This document shows, piece by piece, positions 61,616-64,000 of a stretch of DNA of 64,000 nucleotides. The stretch is from Psammoneis japonica (Eukaryota). The translations under genes and the position numbers were made by a program. Below the pieces are notes generated by a model. That model had not been told where the DNA came from. It did not search any database and was given only the letters and a program-made list of their open reading frames with translations. The stretch covers positions 1 to 64,000 of the forward strand of contig QPGO01000166.1 in the NCBI GenBank assembly GCA_008632985.1. Direction: 5' to 3'. Numbering within the stretch: position 1 is the stretch's first letter; every line of letters starts with the position of its first letter.

Positions 61616-61816
61616 AGCAGCTTCATGTAAGTGCAGTTTTCGACGCACAAATTGTATATACTGTAGTTCATATTTATCATTACAATCTTGTCCCTTCTTG
61701 TATCGTAATGCATCTCCCATCCAGAAAGTCCGGCATAGTATCTTTACGAGAACGCATCATGCACGTACACATCTGACGGTCGTCGATTTCCAAGCTACCG
61801 TAATTGAGTCTTCGAA

Positions 61817-63360
61817 TCAGACTCTAGCAACACTGTTCGTCGCACCAAAGTAGGGTGGTTGAATAGTACTTTGTGGGCTTAGGTGGTCCATCGAAGCACG
61901 TCGACTATGCACTTCTCGAAGCATTTTCCCGCTGACATAAGCAGGAATTGACGTGCACGACAAACACCATCCGGACTTCTCGCACACTAGCTTTCCTGTC
62001 TGCAGGGATGGCATGATCAAATGACATCTATTGCACATCTCTCCATCCGCCTTTGCCTCTCGAAACGGACCAAAACTGTATCCATACGCTTGGGCGCTAC
62101 TGGATGCTGCGTTCTCGTAGCTGACCAAAAGAGGCAGCACATGTCGTACCTGGCAATCCTTTTCTTCCTCGATCTGTTGCTCACCCGAAGGAGCGGCGGA
62201 ACTTTGGGAGTGAAAACTCAGAGACCGGTCTTTTTCTAACTTCCGCATTAGGTGGTGGAAACGGTTCTTAATACTGCTGTCCGTTCTTCCGTCAAAGATT
62301 TTGGACATTGTTGCCCATTTGCTGCCAATGGATCTGTGCATTTCAAAGATGAGAGCATCTTCTACTGGAGTCCATTCTTCCACTTTTAGTTTTGGCTTTA
62401 GGTGGTTCAGGTACCTTTCGCGACATTGCTTCCCTGTCCTTCCCGGGATACTCTGTGCCACGACGGGCCACTTAACTCGTTCTTCGCATTTGTCAAGAAT
62501 CTGAAGCAGCTGATCATCTTCCTGTTGACGGAGAATCAGGGTGGGGGAGGATAGAAGTTATCAGAAAACAATCAAGTTGCGACCTCTCGCATTAGGCGCT
62601 TTGGTATTGACTTACCGCTGCGGACCACATTCGTGGAACGGCCTTCCGAAATGCACGGTCGTCACCACGATGTGCTCCCGACAATGTATAGTTGTTGGCG
62701 TTTGTCTCAAAAGTAATATGACCGTGAGACAAACAAGACGGGTTTGCTGGTGAATCGCCCGGTATGCGATGCTCTATCAATGAAATGATCCCTTGAGATT
62801 CGTTGTTCGCGGAAACGCCATCCTATTAAAAGTTCGGGTGCGGGTAAAACCGATGACGAGTGAGAAATGGAGACGAAAACGGCGAGGTGTAAGTGTAGAC
62901 CTTGAATCTTACCGATTGATTACCATTCTGGTATTGAACATCTCCTTCGTTCTGTCCTGGATTCTGCTGAAAGAAGGCGGCAATGTACGCTGCCGTTGGC
63001 TTGGAATCTACGGTCAACCACTCTGTGCTTGTGTCAAGGAATTCTATTCGGTGCTTAGAGGCCAGTGGGTCGTACTCTTTCACTTCTCCAACGTGCCATT
63101 GACCAAGAAGAGGACGGAAGACTGGGACATCGTATCCCGATAGACATTCCTCGCAAAGATTCTTTGGTCCACCCGGTCCGTGCTGATTTGGGAAGGAGTA
63201 ACTGTTCATTTGACATACGGTACCATCGTTAGCAATGGGATATTTCATTCTCGCAAAAAGGATTGTTCTCGTAGACGTACCATGTATCATACTGCGCTGG
63301 GTCAGAAGAGTATACCTCAACTAACTTCACTTCTGTTGCGTGGCATCTCGAACACTTCAT
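61817..63360 (-). CDS. R2R3-type Myb transcription factor, probably with N-terminal Cys cluster and Tudor-like exon; exon structure approximate
   Basis: WPVVAQSIPGRTGKQCRERYLNHL...WTPVEDALI...GSKWATMSKIFDGRTDSSIKNRFH; upstream MKCSRCH...LCEEC and GQWHVGEVKEYDPLASKHRIEF. Confidence 0.8.
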
Positions 63361-64000
63361 CGTTTGCCTCTAGACGTCGTACCGGAATCAGATTACTAAT
63401 GATGTAGAGAGTGATAAGAAATTGAAACTAAGAAGTCTACGCGGACCGTCGTGAGTACAGATGATCTGGACGCTGAATTTCGACAGACTCGTTAGGACAG
63501 ATGACGATTACGGATTCAGTTTCAGATGATTATACGTGTAACCACAACCAGATCACAACAATTGAAAAACTAGACCAACACCGTAGACCTAGATGTTGAT
63601 GTGGGACAACGCCAATGCTTGGACCAAACGATGATGATGGACGGACAGGAGCAGATGTGACTGTCTATTCTGCGTCTGGCCGTTTGTGCGTGTGTGCGTG
63701 GTGTACCTTTGAACCTGGTGAGAAAACAAACCGGCGCTTTCGACCATGAGAGTAGGTAAGGTACTTCTAGGTTACTGTAACAACACACAACCGCCGCGCG
63801 ATGGAACCAACTCGATGTGCAATGTGGAGTGAACTGCGACGTTTGTGACAATGTCTCTGAACGAGAGGAAAAAGTCTTCGACAGTGCCAAAGGAGTTACC
63901 AAACCCGCCTGATGGTTGGACACGATGTCATGCGTATTTGAGTCAGAAGCGTCGCTTTTGTCGCCAAACTGTGGTGCCGACCGAGGAAAACACTGATGGG

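Noticed and set aside
63570..63923. 117-aa minus-strand ORF
   Set aside because: No recognisable motif; cannot be distinguished from UTR or the edge of a gene beyond the window.

Overview
Gene-dense eukaryotic nuclear DNA, most likely from a diatom or other stramenopile: short GT-AG introns, bipartite plastid-targeting presequences and about 25 ordinary genes (Obg, GrpE, SDR, cap methyltransferase, tRNA-Arg, RPL18, YIF1, NMD3, GalE, TcdA, papain protease, Myb and others). Three sharply bounded blocks interrupt it (about 16.2-19.4 kb, 22.9-41.7 kb and 54.1-56.8 kb). In these blocks the dinucleotide TpA is almost eradicated and replaced by TpG/CpA. CpG is also eroded in the two older blocks but largely kept in the third. 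A lipase pseudogene in block 3 carries His or Cys at positions where Tyr is expected (TAY to CAY/TGY). Surviving TpAs in blocks 1 and 2 are strongly context-biased: mostly YTAR, and no RTAY that I could find. The most interesting signal is therefore a repeat-targeted A:T to G:C hypermutation at TpA, the reverse direction of fungal RIP, acting on transposon-like or captured DNA. The mechanism is inferred; no enzyme for it is visible in this window. The many Tyr-free, Cys/His-rich ORFs in those blocks are artefacts of lost TAA/TAG stops. All dinucleotide counts are by eye and approximate.
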